Assembly: GCA_951406725.2 (NCBI GenBank)
Contig: OX597830.1
Location: 48,360,001 to 48,424,000 of the forward strand
Direction of reading: 5' to 3'
DNA: 64,000 bases
Source: Octopus vulgaris
Lineage: Eukaryota
Of this stretch, positions 12,649-25,994 are shown one piece after another. The stretch's first letter is position 1. Each line of letters opens with the position of its first letter. The notes below the pieces were generated by a model. That model ran no database searches, was not told the origin of the DNA, and saw only the letters and a list, made by a program, of their open reading frames with translations. The translations under genes and the position numbers were made by a program.

Positions 12649-13560
12649 GGCAAATATGTGACCCGCAGCAAACAAGCTGATGTTGACCAGAAGCAAACCC
12701 ATCAGTGGCTACGGAGCTCAGGGCTAAAAGCAGAGAGCGAAGGTTTCATCCCGGCTGCTCAAGATCAAAGCCTATTAACCTGGAACTACCAGGCCAATGT
12801 GATGAAAAATGGAGCAGACCCAAAATGCCGATTCTGCAACGACATGATTGAAACAGTGGACCACCTAATCTCTGGATGTAAAGTCTTAGCACCAGTGGAG
12901 TATAAATTAAGACATGACAGAGTTGGCCAATATCTACACTGGCTAATAAGTCGGCATTACAATATCAAAACTGCCGACAAGTGGTATAATCACCACCCTG
13001 AGGCTGTAACTGAAGGAGAAAATGTAACCATTCTGTGGGACTTTCCAGTACATACAGACCGAACCATAAACCAGATATTGTTGTGAAAGACCAAAACAAT
13101 AAAGTTTGCTTATTGATCGACATGAGCATCCCCTGTGATCATAATATCTCAGCGAAAGAGTTTGACAAGCTCAGAAAATATAAAGACCTACTCATTGAAA
13201 TTGAGAAAATGTGCATCTCAAGGCGGTTACAATACCAGTGATCGTAGGAGCACTAGGAATGATCAAGAAGGGAACCGAAAATTATATGAGAATGATCCCT
13301 GGCTTACCATCCCTGCAAGAAGTGCAAAAGATTGTCTTAACTGGTACATCACACGTATTGAGAAGAGCATTGTCGATGTGAGAACTGTTGCTGCTCATGT
13401 ATTTTAATTTAACTTAAAAAAAAAAATTTAAAAAATGAACGAACTATTGAGTTTGGTTTAATGGCCTACCAATGTATACTATGAGTTCCTTTGCCCTAGG
13501 AGTCGGGAAGACACTCGGCAAGAAATGGAAGCAAATTTGAAAGAAGAAAAAAAAAGTAAT
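12646..13560 (+). mobile_element. R4/Dong-type LINE 3' end (CCHC + RLE + 3' UTR), inserted within (TAA)n
   Basis: ORFs 12658-13086 and 13035-13241. Same subfamily as 955-3465. (TAA)n on both sides (12550-12646 and 13557-13577). Confidence 0.93.
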
Positions 13561-13579
13561 AATAATAATAATAATAAGG

Positions 13580-15814
13580 AAGAAGACGCGCGCGCTGAAT
13601 AACAACATGGATGTACTAAACCGGGTTCCCCACTCAAAAACAAATCTAATCCAATAACATCGATGGAATTAAAGATCCTGTGGAAGACTTGAAGGAAGGA
13701 AACGGTCTTTTCACAAAAATACTAAAAAAACCGAAATTTTACTGCCATACAAAGCACAGTTTCTACTCCTCACGGTGTTTAAATGAAGCATGTGCGAAAC
13801 ACACGCGATATCAACACCGGAAAGTTTAAAAATTATAAAATAGAAATGGAACAAAATAGTAAGTACATAAATTGAATAATTACGCATACACTCGAATGTC
13901 TACACAATCATATATACATTTTAATACCCATAGGATTACAAATACATCTCAATGATGTACACAACTAAGTGAAATTTACAGGACATACACTCATGCATAT
14001 GAAATCACGTGTCATAAACGAAGCAAAAACAAAATCAAAACTCTTTCCTTTTTTATTTTCATTTTTCGAACTAACACAGGCAGAGTGAGCTATTCATAAG
14101 TTTAAAAACACCACACAAAAAAAAACTATGTTCGGAGATGAATCTATCAACAAAAAAATACAGAAGAATACAGATCTTCTAGCCTTAAGAAGCTACATTA
14201 CGAGATATGTTTACACGCAGAGAACTCGGAGACGGTGTTGTCTCAAAAAATTTACCCTAAACAGACAAATCCGCCCCTAAATCTCAACGTCCACCGGATT
14301 ACAAGAGCCACACACTCGATATGGATCTGTTAGCCTTAAGACGCTACGTTACGAGCATTACACCTAAACATACAGATCCATCCCCTAATGTCAACGTCGA
14401 AGCTAGTCATGCCTCACTGTTAACAGAGTAAAATACAAACCGGAATGGTCATCGACCGGATTACAAAAGATCACGTACTCGAATATTAAGCCAGATTCGT
14501 AACGAAAATCAGTTACTGGTTCAAATCTTCCCGACACACAGGAGCTGGACGTAACCCACAATCGGAATATTCCAACAGATGCCATCCATGCTCGTCATCA
14601 AATAACCAAAAGAAAAAGAATGAAAAAGGTCTAGGGAATATAATAAAGAAGTTCTTACAGCTTTCTACCATGCTATATATTTCTCCACAGATAAATTTAA
14701 TACTGTACAAATCTACTTAAACTGGAGACAGAAACACTTTGAAGTAAGACTCTACATAGACAGTAACAAACTTGCCAACGTCAGAAAAAACATTTCGAAA
14801 AAAAAAATTACTGACTGAAGTAGAGATTGACCAAATTAAACAAGCAGTAAAGAATAAAAAAGAACGAAGCTGTAGCTAAAGAAGATACCACAGAGGAAAT
14901 GATTATAGACCAGGCCAAGGCTGATGAAAATGTAGTAATGATTGAAAGAGTTAATGTAACTGATAAGCAAAGTGAAGTACTTTCTGAACCAACCATAAAC
15001 ACTAAGTTAGATGAAAATCAAATAGATGAAGAAAGTCACACAAATATTGACCCAACAGAACTACATGATCTAAGAAATCAAATCACTATTGAATGGCTGG
15101 AAATTAAAGAAACCAGTATAGATGAACGAGATACACTCCCGAAAATCCACAACTCTAACCAAAACCTGAAAATAATTGGTAAAATTCACCTTGCACTTAA
15201 GGATATATTTTCAGCTAATGATGTTGAAAAAACAGATCTCAACCACCTGTACTATGCATTCGCGAAAATCTCAACGATTCTATGTGGAATAATAACAGAA
15301 AAAAAGATGGTATAGACACACACCAGAAAAAGTCACAGAAAACGAGAAAGCAACCATACTCTGGGATATGCCAATACACACAGATAGAGAAATTAAGGCC
15401 AATAGGCCAGATATAGTTGTTAGAGATCATGAAGAAAAAAATGCTTTCTATTTGATGTATCAATACCAGCAGATGACAACGAGCCTCCAAAAGAAATGGA
15501 GATACTTTCAAAATACAATGACCTGGAAATAGAGGCAACTCGAATGTGGAATCTAACAACAGAAACAGTTCCTATAATAGTAGGCGCATTAGTTGTGATT
15601 AAAAAATATTCAGACAAATACATAACAAAAACACCAGGACGTACAAACACATATAACATAGAGAAAATTGCACCACTGGACACCGCACACATCCTACACA
15701 AAACACTTTCAATACAGTAACCATCAGAGCATCACAACAAATCACAGCACATACCCATGGCACGCAGAGCTGCGCTCCGTAATGAAGTGAAAGCACGCAA
15801 TAAAAATAAAACTA

Positions 15815-15820
<6 letters not shown>
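13580..15820 (+). mobile_element. Chimeric or internally deleted Dong-type LINE: 5' UTR and N-terminal ORF joined at ~15295 to an RLE 3' end
   Basis: 14580-15300 encodes KRSREYNKEVLTAFYHA..DSNKLANVRK, homologous to the N-termini at 24929-25540 and 55834-57069. 15300-15820 matches the 3' ends at 41133 and 53365. (TAA)n tail follows. Confidence 0.75.
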
Positions 15821-15903
<83 letters not shown>

Positions 15904-16729
15904 TGTTCCTTTCTTCTATAGACGCACGGCCCAGTCGATTACATCGATCCCAGTGTTTCATTGGTACAACGCTTTAGCAGTAGTAGTAGTAGTATTAGTA
16001 TTAGTAGTAGTAGTAATAGTAGTAGTAGTAGTAGTAGCCGTCTGCATTTTGGCTGCTGCTTCCGTTGTTTTGTTTTATTGATTATGCGGTAATCCACCCC
16101 CACCCGACTGGCCTTATCCTTGTCCTCATCCCCATCATCATCACCATCATCATCACCACCACCACCATAATCACCATCATCATCTTCGTACCTGTGTGAA
16201 TCACCATCGTCTTCATAGTAGTTAGGATACTGCTGCAGCTGTTCCTACTTCTATAACTACCACTACAACTAATGATGATGATGAGGCCCTCCTCCCCACC
16301 AATGACGCAATACAAATATCCTTCAGACCAATATAAAACAGACGGCGATGTCGAGAGAATATATTTTTACAATTTCCTCTCAAGCACTCAACACTCAACG
16401 ATTCGCTCTGCAGTTTCAAGACTTTCAACGTTTCAAAATGCTCAAACTATTTCGCAGGTTGTCCTCCATTTTTGATAAGCTAAATATTCTTACATTTCTC
16501 TCCACGCATTCCCAGTTTTCTTTTAAAATCAAACTCAATGGCAGTTTTAATGTGTTCCATAATAATATTTAGTGATTGTGTATAAATACGATGTTTTCTC
16601 TATAAAGTGATTCTGTACAAAACTAGCGCTACGCGAAGAAATTTCACAATCATTTCCAAAATGATAAAATTGTTGGAATCCTGTAAGAAAACCGCAAAAA
16701 TAAGGAATTTCGTTGGAAATTATTTCTTC

Positions 16730-16945
16730 TTTTTATCATTTACTTGTTTCATTCATTAAAGTGTGGCCATGCTGGGGCACCACCTTAGAGAGCTTTAGTC
16801 GAATGAATCGGCCCCAGTTCTTATTGTTTTATAAGCCTGGTACTTATTGTATCGGTTCCTTACTGTCGGACTGCTATGTTACAGGGATATAAATATGCCA
16901 ATACGGCTTGTCACATAACGATGAGGGATAAACAGACACACGCAC
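16730..16945 (-). mobile_element. SINE 3' fragment (family of 18660-19090)
   Basis: Reverse complement of GGTGCTCCAGCATGGC...GAAACAAGTAAA and GATA.AATAAGTAC. Confidence 0.7.
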
Positions 16946-16947
16946 AC

Positions 16948-17019
<72 letters not shown>

Positions 17020-17759
17020 ATATATGTGTGTGTGTGTGTGTGCATGTATGTATGTATGTATGTATGTATGTATGTATGTATATATATAATTGTTTTGCAA
17101 GGTTCTTGATGTGAATTCGTTTGTTGAAACAGATGTTGTATTTGGGGATGTCATATTGTCAGTTTAGCCAATGAAAATACATGCACTATATATTTGGTGC
17201 TCACTTACTTTAGCTTTATTTCATATTAATCGTATTTCGGCCAGAGTTCTTTCGTCACACTTCTGTCACCTCATCAGTGATCCTTTGCTTTCTTCTTTTC
17301 TTTTTTGTGTCTCTCCTTCCTAACGATCAGCTATTTTGTATTCCTGTTGTATGTGTCTTTATTTGCGCATGTGTATATCCCTGTGTGTGTCTATGTTTTG
17401 TAAGTGTGTGTATGGTAGCTGCATTATCCATTATCAGTATCCCCTGTTTATTCACGTTCGTTTAATTAAATTTTATTTTACTTTATTCATTTGTTTTTAT
17501 CAGTTCGAGGGATTTCGTGAAATCGATTTTATGCATTGAAATTTCTTTTTTCTACAAAAATGTTATGAATGTGTGTTCCTTAAACTTGAGTGTGATAGTA
17601 TAGATCTATACATTTTTATGAATATGGTTCTATAAGGAGACTTATGATATATGTTACCGGCGTCGCTGAGGTAAGGAAAAACATTATAAACGACACCACT
17701 AATTGACACATTATTAATTAGCGTAATAGCAGCATAGCCTTGAAAAAACATGGATTACA

Positions 17760-18825
17760 TGCAAAATATGTGAGCAAGAGAAATAATATTCTTAATTTAA
17801 ATTCAAAATACATTGAAAGTCAACAATGTTTGGTTTAGAAGCGATGAGATGAATTGAAAGATAAGGAAATAATTTTATTCTCAAACGCAGGTTAATGCTA
17901 ATAACATAGCACGAATAGGATAAACTATCCATATTTCTTTAGAAAAATCTGTCGTTGGCCAGCCATGAGAATCGAACTCACATCCCTGTGATTACCATTA
18001 AGTTAAACTGCCCAGCGACGAATTCTTTTGCAATTTTAGGATGTATAAATCTAGCTTTAAAAGACGCTATCTTACGTATAATACAACATAAGTTGAAAGT
18101 CAAGAAACAGAATATGGCTAATTTCTCCAGTTCATGCTATATCATTAGCATCACCATGCGTTTGAGAATAAGATTATTTCTTCATCTGTATGATAGCGTC
18201 TTATAAAGCTAGAAGTAAATATCCGAAAATTGGAGAAGAACTTGTCGCTCGGCAGTTTAGCTTAATGGTAAAGCCCTTACCGCGTATTCATAGGTATGTG
18301 AGTTTGAGTCTCATGGCTGGTCGCCAACAGATTTTTCTACAAAATATGGATAGTTTATCCTACTAATGCTATGTTGTTAGCATTATCCTACGTTTGAGAA
18401 TACAATTATTTCTTTATCTCTATTTTTCAATATCCTTAAGATTATAAACTTGAAAAATTACAGGACAAGTTATTACACTTGGAAAAGTTCAAGACAACTT
18501 ATTATATATGGTAAAATGCATAAAAAAAATTACTTAAAATATTGCAGCTAAGGATAAAATGTGAATATTAAAATTTATTTGATTTTGATAAAAAAAAAAG
18601 GTACTATCATTTTGTTAAAATATTGATACACTTGAATACAGAGAAACAGAAGTCCCAATAGGCGCAGGAGTGGCTGTGTGGTAAGTAGCTAGCTTACGAA
18701 TCACATGGTTCCGGGTTCAGTCCCACTGCGTGGCATCTTGGGCAAGTGTCTTCTGCTATAGCCCCGGGCCGACCAATGCCTTGTGAGTGGATTTGGTAGA
18801 CGGAAACTGAAAGAAGCCTGTCGTA

Positions 18826-18870
<45 letters not shown>

Positions 18871-19575
18871 GTGTGTGTGTGTTTGTGTGTCTGTGTTTGT
18901 CCTCCTAGCATTGCTTGACAGCCGATGCTGGTGTGTTTACGTCCCCGTCACTTAGCGGTTCGGCAAAATATACCGATAGAATAAGTACTGGGCTTACAAA
19001 GAATAAGTCCCGGGGTCGATTTGCTCGACTAAAGGCGGTGCTCCAGCATGGCTGCAGTCAAAATGACTGAAACAAGTAAAAGAGTAAAAGAGAGAGTATA
19101 TAACTAAAGCTTTATACAAAATAAAATAGTATACATGGTAGGCAAATTCCTCATGTGAAAAATAGGCATCAAGACTAAAAATGGGAAGACTTGGCAATAA
19201 CTCAGGCAATAACTCCAGCAAATTTTACTGTGGATTTGTAGTTATAGGTAGATTTTACAGCAATATATAACTAATTTTGTATTGTTCTATTTATTGTACT
19301 AATTATATTCTACTATTTTCAACATTCTAATTATTAATTAATAATTTTAAAAATGAATATGTTTTAAAGTTCAAAAAATATTTTGAGTTAATTTTAATTT
19401 TTCATATAAGTAACACGCACACACAAATAGAAGTAATAACCTGTAATGAAATTTTTAGTTTTAATAAAAGCTAATATTTTCTAAATCCAAATATTTTCAT
19501 GTCTAATGAATTTTCCTGTAATTTTCCAGGTTTATAATCTTAAGAATATTATTTCTCTTGCTCGCATTTTCAATG
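17760..19575. mobile_element. Foldback/MITE-like element with ~70-bp terminal inverted repeats and nested insertions
   Basis: The right end 19511-19567 is the reverse complement of a left end split into ~17768-17795 and ~18429-18470. Confidence 0.55.
18660..19090 (+). mobile_element. Full-length tRNA-derived octopod-type SINE with internal (TA)n(TG)n
   Basis: GGCGCAGGAGTGGCTGTGTGGTAAG (A box), GGTTCAGTCCC (B box), CORE-like TTGGGCAAGT, and 3' GGTGCTCCAGCATGGC..GAAACAAGTAAAAGAG. Confidence 0.88.
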
Positions 19576-19631
19576 TAAATATGTATGCATTTATGTTTGT
19601 ATGTGTATGTATATATATATATATATATATA

Positions 19632-20689
19632 TCAACAATTGAGGGTAAAATTAATTAGTTATTAATCAATTTCACCAAGTATTCAGTATGTAAAAGGACC
19701 ATTTAAGGCGAATTCAAAATATTACATTATATAATTAGGGCTTAGTAAAATAAATTACTTTGCCACATACTGAACTTGCTAGAAATAGCAGCCAAAAAAG
19801 TGTTTTTGCCATTTCCACTACTTAAAGAAAATTTCTCTCAGATAATGTTTACTCAAAATAACTCACGAAGGTATGGAGGTAAAAACAGAAAAAATATCAC
19901 AAGTACAAAGATTATTTGAGAACGTTAACGTTTCTAGATTAGCCAAATAAACTCAGCATTTCTTTCGTCAGCTCAACATTTCTTATTTTGGATTTGGAAG
20001 CACTAAAAAGAAAGAACATACCCTTTGGCGACTTATCACCTCAGATGACCCGTTCAGACTGCCAGTACCAACAAATTCAAAATGTGCAAGCGAAGATTCC
20101 CTGCTCTCCCCTTCCACCCACGTGGGTTATCTAGCAAACATTATATTTTAACGGTGAGAACCGAGGCAATATGACAGAGAGAAATGAATTATAATATCAA
20201 CAATTGAGGGTAAAATTAATTAGTTATTAATCAATTTCACCAAGTATTCAGTATGTAAAAGGACCATTTAAGGCGAATTCAAAATATTACATTATATAAT
20301 TAGGGCTTAGTAAAATAGAGCAGGGAATCTTCACTTGCACATTTTGAATTTGTTGGTACTGGCAGTCTGAACGGGTCATCTGAGGTGATAAGTCGCCAAA
20401 GGGTATGTTCTTTCTTTTTAGTGCTTCCAAATCCAAAATAAGAAATGTTGAGCTGACGAAAGAAATGCTGAGTTTATTTGGCTAATCTAGAAACGTTAAC
20501 GTTCTCAAATAATCTTTGTACTTGTGATATTTTTCTGTTTTTACCTCCATACCTTCGTGAGTTATTTTGAGTAAACATTATCTGAGAGAAATTTTCTTTA
20601 AGTAGTGGAAATGGCAAAAACACTTTTTTGGCTGCTATTTCTAGCAAGTTCAGTATGTGGCAAAGTAATTTATTTTACTAAGCCCTAAT

Positions 20690-20697
<8 letters not shown>
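19632..20697. mobile_element. Non-autonomous Penelope-like insertion with direct plus inverted terminal repeats
   Basis: Direct repeat 19632-19752 / 20197-20317. Near-perfect ~380-bp inverted arms 19726-20106 / 20318-20697. Hammerhead motif in each arm. (TA)n on both flanks. Confidence 0.7.
20448..20508 (+). ncRNA. Type I hammerhead ribozyme-like motif (mirror copy 19916-19976 on -)
   Basis: TTGAG-CTGACGA-[stem II]-GAAAC-GTTAAC-GT-T-CTCAA. Stem I is TTGAG/CTCAA and stem III is palindromic. The first pair of stem II is an A.A mismatch. Confidence 0.6.
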
Positions 20698-20749
<52 letters not shown>

Positions 20750-21096
20750 GTATATATGCGCATACATGTATTTAGGTATGTATGTGTATGTAAGTCCGTC
20801 TGTATGTATGCATGCGAGTATATATGTATGTATTCGTATGTATGTATGTTTGTATATGTTTGTGTATGTATGTGCAGATTTGTATATTTTATGTATGTAT
20901 TCTCATGCATATAGCTGCATATCTATACATGCTCATATATGTTTAAATGATAAACTTCTGGCCAGTTTTACAGATTTTTACAGTTCCAGTGATGAATTGG
21001 ATCTGTAGTCTCTCCATTAGCTTTCTCCTTTCTGGTTTTGAGAAGCCTAATTTCTCCTAATTGCTATTTAGGCGGTGTGTTACATATCTTGCATAA

Positions 21097-21127
<31 letters not shown>

Positions 21128-21145
21128 TGTATGTATAATAATTCC

Positions 21146-21470
21146 AGGCCCCGTGTCGGTGGCACGTAAAAGCACCATCCGTTCGTGTCCATTGCCAGCA
21201 TCGCCTGGCCCCGTGCCGGTGACACGTAAAAGCACCATCCGTTCGTGGCCGTTCGCCAGCTCTGTCTGGCACCTGCGCAGGTGGCACGTAAAAAACACCC
21301 ACTGCACTCGCGGAGTGGTTGGCGTTAGGAAGGGCATCCAGCCGTAGAAACACTGCCAGATCTGACTGGGCCTGACGAAGCCTTCCAGCTTCACAGACCC
21401 CAGTTGACCCGTCCAACCCATGCTAGCATGGAAAGCGGACGCTAAATGATGATGATGATGATGATGATGA
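21146..21470 (+). mobile_element. SINE/RTE-type 3' body with ~60-bp internal repeats and a (GAT)n tail
   Basis: GGTGGCACGTAAAAGCACC-like unit x3, GGTTGGCGTTAGGAAGGGCATCCAGCC, and GGACGCTAAATGATGATG tail. Confidence 0.75.
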
Positions 21471-22379
21471 TTTAGGGTTCTTTTATGGAATACGAAACTG
21501 ACTTTGAGGAAGAATGAAAGGTGAATCTAATTTGAGTGCGAAAAGAACTTAGGATGGTAAGCCTCGTAACTAAATACCGGATGCAATTTTGTCTCACGTT
21601 TTAATGATTCTTCTAATCGTCGACATATATCGAACATCTTTCCCTCGAAATCATTAAACTGAAACACGATCGTTAGAAGAGAAGGAAAATCCCTGCCAAA
21701 TTTGCATGTTAACATGACATTAGCCAATCGATTTATTTTTATATTCGTTTTAAGTCTAATGATTTCCAGCGTTGACTCAAGGACACGTATTTGTATATCG
21801 CAAAGTGAAAGTGTTTCAAACACCGTAGTGACAGAGGAGTTGTCAGATGGTTCAGTGACAAAAAACAGTTGAATAAGGTTTAGCAGATAACAAATGAATA
21901 CAAACATATTCATACAGGCTAAACTCAGAAATAAAAACTGTGAATACAGAATACGGTTTCAAATAATTAAACGTCTGCTTGAGAAGCAGTAAAATCAATG
22001 ACGGAATCGATATAATGTTGATGAAAAAGTACTGAACAAGTTTTTTACAGCTGGGAAAAGCGCGGGACAAGCATATTTGTATTTAAAATATTGCAACTGA
22101 AATTAAAATTTCAAAATACTTAGATTTTTAAAAACTGAAAATAATAGCTTTTATTAGCTACTCTATAATTAAAAAATTAACTCAAGTAAAAACTGTTAGC
22201 AAAAACTAAAACAATTTGTATAGCCCCATTAAAAAGGATTTTTTTTCAATTATAAGTATTTAAGAACTTCAATAAGTTTTTAAATAGTTTTTCAGTTAAA
22301 ATTCCTATTTTGCTCATCTTTTTGATAAAAAGTGTCACACTGCAATTCACTGATAAAAATATCATAAGGATGGTCTTTT

Positions 22380-22775
22380 GGAAATTTCAAAAAAGTCTAC
22401 GGTATGGTTGTCGCAGTGTCTCGAAATAAAGCGAAGGAGAATGCAAGAAACCTGTGCAATGGCACTACCAGAAGAAACAGAGGCACGGAAAAATGTGTAC
22501 CAATTGAGAACAAAGAAAAGCCGTGCAATGGAAACACCACAATAAACAGAAGCACGGACAAATACTGATCGGCTGAAGAAGCAGAACTCCAGGGTAAACA
22601 CGACGCTGCCACAAATCCAGCAGCGACAAGCAAACAAACAACCAGGTACGATAGCAATGGAGAGTTGGTCAGCAAAGAACTGACAATGAGAGAATGGCTA
22701 CGGAAGATGATGTGGCAGATTTTCATGAGAAAGAACGAAACCCAAGCCTTATGTTGCACTATCCATCCCGATATC
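22380..22775 (+). mobile_element. Possible Helitron N-terminal remnant
   Basis: Repeats of the A.ETPEETEAR type and F..KNETQALCC resemble the N-terminal repeats and Cys motif of Helitron RepHel proteins. Stops present. Confidence 0.35.
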
Positions 22776-22779
22776 ATCA

Positions 22780-25560
22780 CTTCAGCCTGCTCAATCTGAT
22801 GGGTATCTAAGAGATCAGCAGTGAATTTTTTGCTCTCTTTGAGAATAGAGTGAAGTTTTTTTGGTCTTTCATGTTTTTCAACAAGTTTTAGCATCCAATC
22901 GTTGGTTGCTTCGAGGTATTTGGCCAGTCCGATTGTGGTGGTTTTGTATGTAAGTTCAAGCTGGATCAAACCTCGACCTCCCTGAGCTCTGGGAAGGTAA
23001 AGGCGATCTTATTGGTGCATCTTATTGCAAGTCAGTAGCTTGTGGATTTTTCTGTCAATTTTCATTATTTCACTGGTATTCCAGTTAAGCACATGGAAAC
23101 TATAAAGAACAACTGGTACTGCTAAGGAATTTATGGCTAACACCTAATTATATGCATTCAGCTCAGACTTCAGGACTGCTCGAACTCTTCTATAACATTC
23201 TTTCCTAACCTTCTCTTTCATGCTTGTATGCTGGATACTAGAGCCTTCATTTATTCCTAGGTATTTATAGGTTTGTTCCTGCTCAAGTTCCTTTATTACT
23301 ATTTCGACATCTAATTCAATTGAACTAGACTTTACCAATTTCCCTTTCTTAAAACTGGCTTTGGCACACTTTTCAAGGCCGAACTCCATCCCGATATCAT
23401 CACTGAATCCTTTCACAGTATTGTAATAATCCTTCAAGCTCTTCATCATCTTTGCCATATAGCTTTAAGTCATCCATATAAAATAGATGGCTTTTTTTCC
23501 TGTTGTCAATTTTGTAGCCATATCCTGTTCTATTCAGTTCACTTGAGAGTGGTATTAGTGCTATGCAGAAAATTAGTGGTGAAAGTGAGTCACCTTGGAA
23601 AATTCCACAGTTTATGCTAATGTTGTTTGAGCGCAATACTCCATTAGAATGATATAATTGGAGCTTCGTGTTCCATAGTGACATATACTTTAAAATATCT
23701 GAAATCACAGGAGAAATTTTGAAAATGTCCAGCGATTTCAGAATCCACGAATGTGGTATGCTGTCAAAGGCTTTTTTATAATCAATCCATGAAGAGCTGA
23801 GATTTCTGCGCTTGTTATGGCAGTTCTCAAGTATCATGCGATTAATTAGGAGCTGATCTATGCATCCGTATGAGCCTCCTCGGCATCCTTTTTGTTCAGT
23901 GGGAAAGAGGTTATTCTCTACCATAAACGTATATGTTTTCTCTACTAGAATAGATGTCAAAATCTTACAGGTAGTAGATAAACATGTTATAGGCCGGTGG
24001 TTTTTTGGGTCTTTCGTTTTGTTATTTTGGGGGAGGAGGTAAGTAATACCATTTGCCATCCAATGTGGTGTTTTTTCCGGGTCTTTCATAATACTATTAA
24101 ATAGTATTACTAACATTTTGTGTGCGGACGAGAGTGATGAGGGCTAGAAATTTGGTAGTCTATCAATACCAGGGGATTTCCACTTATGAGCCTTCGTTAG
24201 TGCCCTCCTTAGGTCGGCGATTGAGATGTCTTCCCATACCTGTTCTTGTAGATTTTTTTAGGCATCTTGGGTGCGTTTGATCCACTCTGCATTTTCATTG
24301 TATGGTTTCTCATCACTCCAGATCCCCTTCCAAAGGTTTTCAACTTCTTCCATTAGGGGTGAATTTTCAATGGTTACTTTTTCGTTCCTTATTTCCCTGT
24401 AAAATGATTTGGCATTGGATTTGAACATCTTATTTTGTTTGTAGAATTTGATTCTTTTCTCAAATCTGCGTATTCTCTGAGCTTTTGCTTGAACTTTTTG
24501 TTTAAGTGCTTCTTTCGCTGACATTAGTTCTTCTCTTGTTGAGTGTCCATATTTTCTCACAATCTTCCTGCCTTTTCTTGATCTTACATTATTTACAGAG
24601 ATTAGCTCAGTTAATATTGATATCTCCCTTCGCAATGATTCAATTTCAGTTTCAATTCTACTCCTCCAGTTTGATTTTCTTTTCGAATTTGGTATTGTTG
24701 GCTTTTGGGGTGTTAAACAACGTCTTTCGATTACCTTAGCGACAGAGTAAATAATTTCATTGAATTTATTAAGATCGGGTTTTAGTTGTTGTATGATTTC
24801 TTGTGTAACGCAGTTGCCAATTTTTATTTGTGTTTTATGTTGGTGTGCATTTGAGAGTTTATGGAGTGGTTCCCTATCATTCATAGTTGCATGGCCTACA
24901 ACTGCAAGCTCACTCAGAACTTCTTGCTTCATTTCAATGATAGATTTTCTGTGTTGTTCAACAAATATCTGGTCTTCAAATTCTGTTTCGACATCATTTT
25001 CCGGGCTGTATTTCTAGGGTCATTATATTTTCCTTCTTCTTCAGGATCTTGAGTCGTTTCGGCAGATGGTCGCCTTTCAGTCAATGCTTGTGGCCCAACA
25101 TGCCTCTTCTCAGCTTCGTTATTTCTTTCCTGACTTACATTTAAGTCATTCTCTACCACGTTTTTAATAGAGGTTAATTCTGCATCTGTGAGTCTGGCAT
25201 TTCTGAAGATATCGCTTCTAACATTTGCTAATCTGTTTTCATCCAGGTTTGGTCTGCTAGCTGGATTCCGGCTCTTCCAAATTCTGTAGGAGTTTGCGGT
25301 GTGTTTTTCTTCGGTTGGCCTACATAATGCAAAGTAATAAGCATATATTACTTCTTTATATTCTTCCCGGTTCCATTTAGTTCTTTTACTTTTTTGATTT
25401 TCTGGTCGTTGTGGTGGTGAACTTAATTTGGGACAAATCCCGTTTAAGTGACCTTCCAGGTTCGTATTCGGGTAAGATATTCTGCCATTTGAAATTTTTT
25501 TGCCGTCAGGCTGGCAGCTTCCTTTATAACCGTTGGACAAGCGATTCGGTGTACTGTTAG
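22780..25560 (-). mobile_element. R4/Dong-type LINE with N-terminus and RT, 3' end missing, frameshifted
   Basis: ORFs 24929-25540, 24258-24932, 23400-24116 (HRPITCL, WIDYKKAFDSIPH, GIFQGDSLSP, YMDD) and 23144-23458. Same subfamily as 955-3465. Confidence 0.93.
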
Positions 25561-25757
25561 AAATTTTCTTTTCAAGTAAAGTTAAATTATTAAGTATTCA
25601 TTAAAAAAATAAATAAATAAAATAAAATAAAATAAGAATAAAAGATTTATTGCTGCTGCTACAACTACTGAGGCTGCTACTGTTGCTAATGATGCTAAAA
25701 GAGGCCCCCTATATGAAAATTAGTGGTTAAATCTTATTACTATCATTATTATTATTA

Positions 25758-25812
<55 letters not shown>

Positions 25813-25994
25813 CCTCTCTTTTATCACCACAATATTATCACAATATTCATGTCTATTAAAGAGTAGAAAATTCATCTATTTATTATTTCTCATTATTCAT
25901 AAATAATAAAACTATACAACGTGAAATGGTCCCACCTCCATTACGAAAAACTACAAAAGACAGCATTGATTTATCTATTTTCTTCTTCTTACAG

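Noticed and set aside
22397-22969. 190-aa ORF with a hydrophobic tail as a domesticated LINE fusion
   Set aside because: It is a chance read-through from the broken LINE into the antisense of an A-rich repeat.
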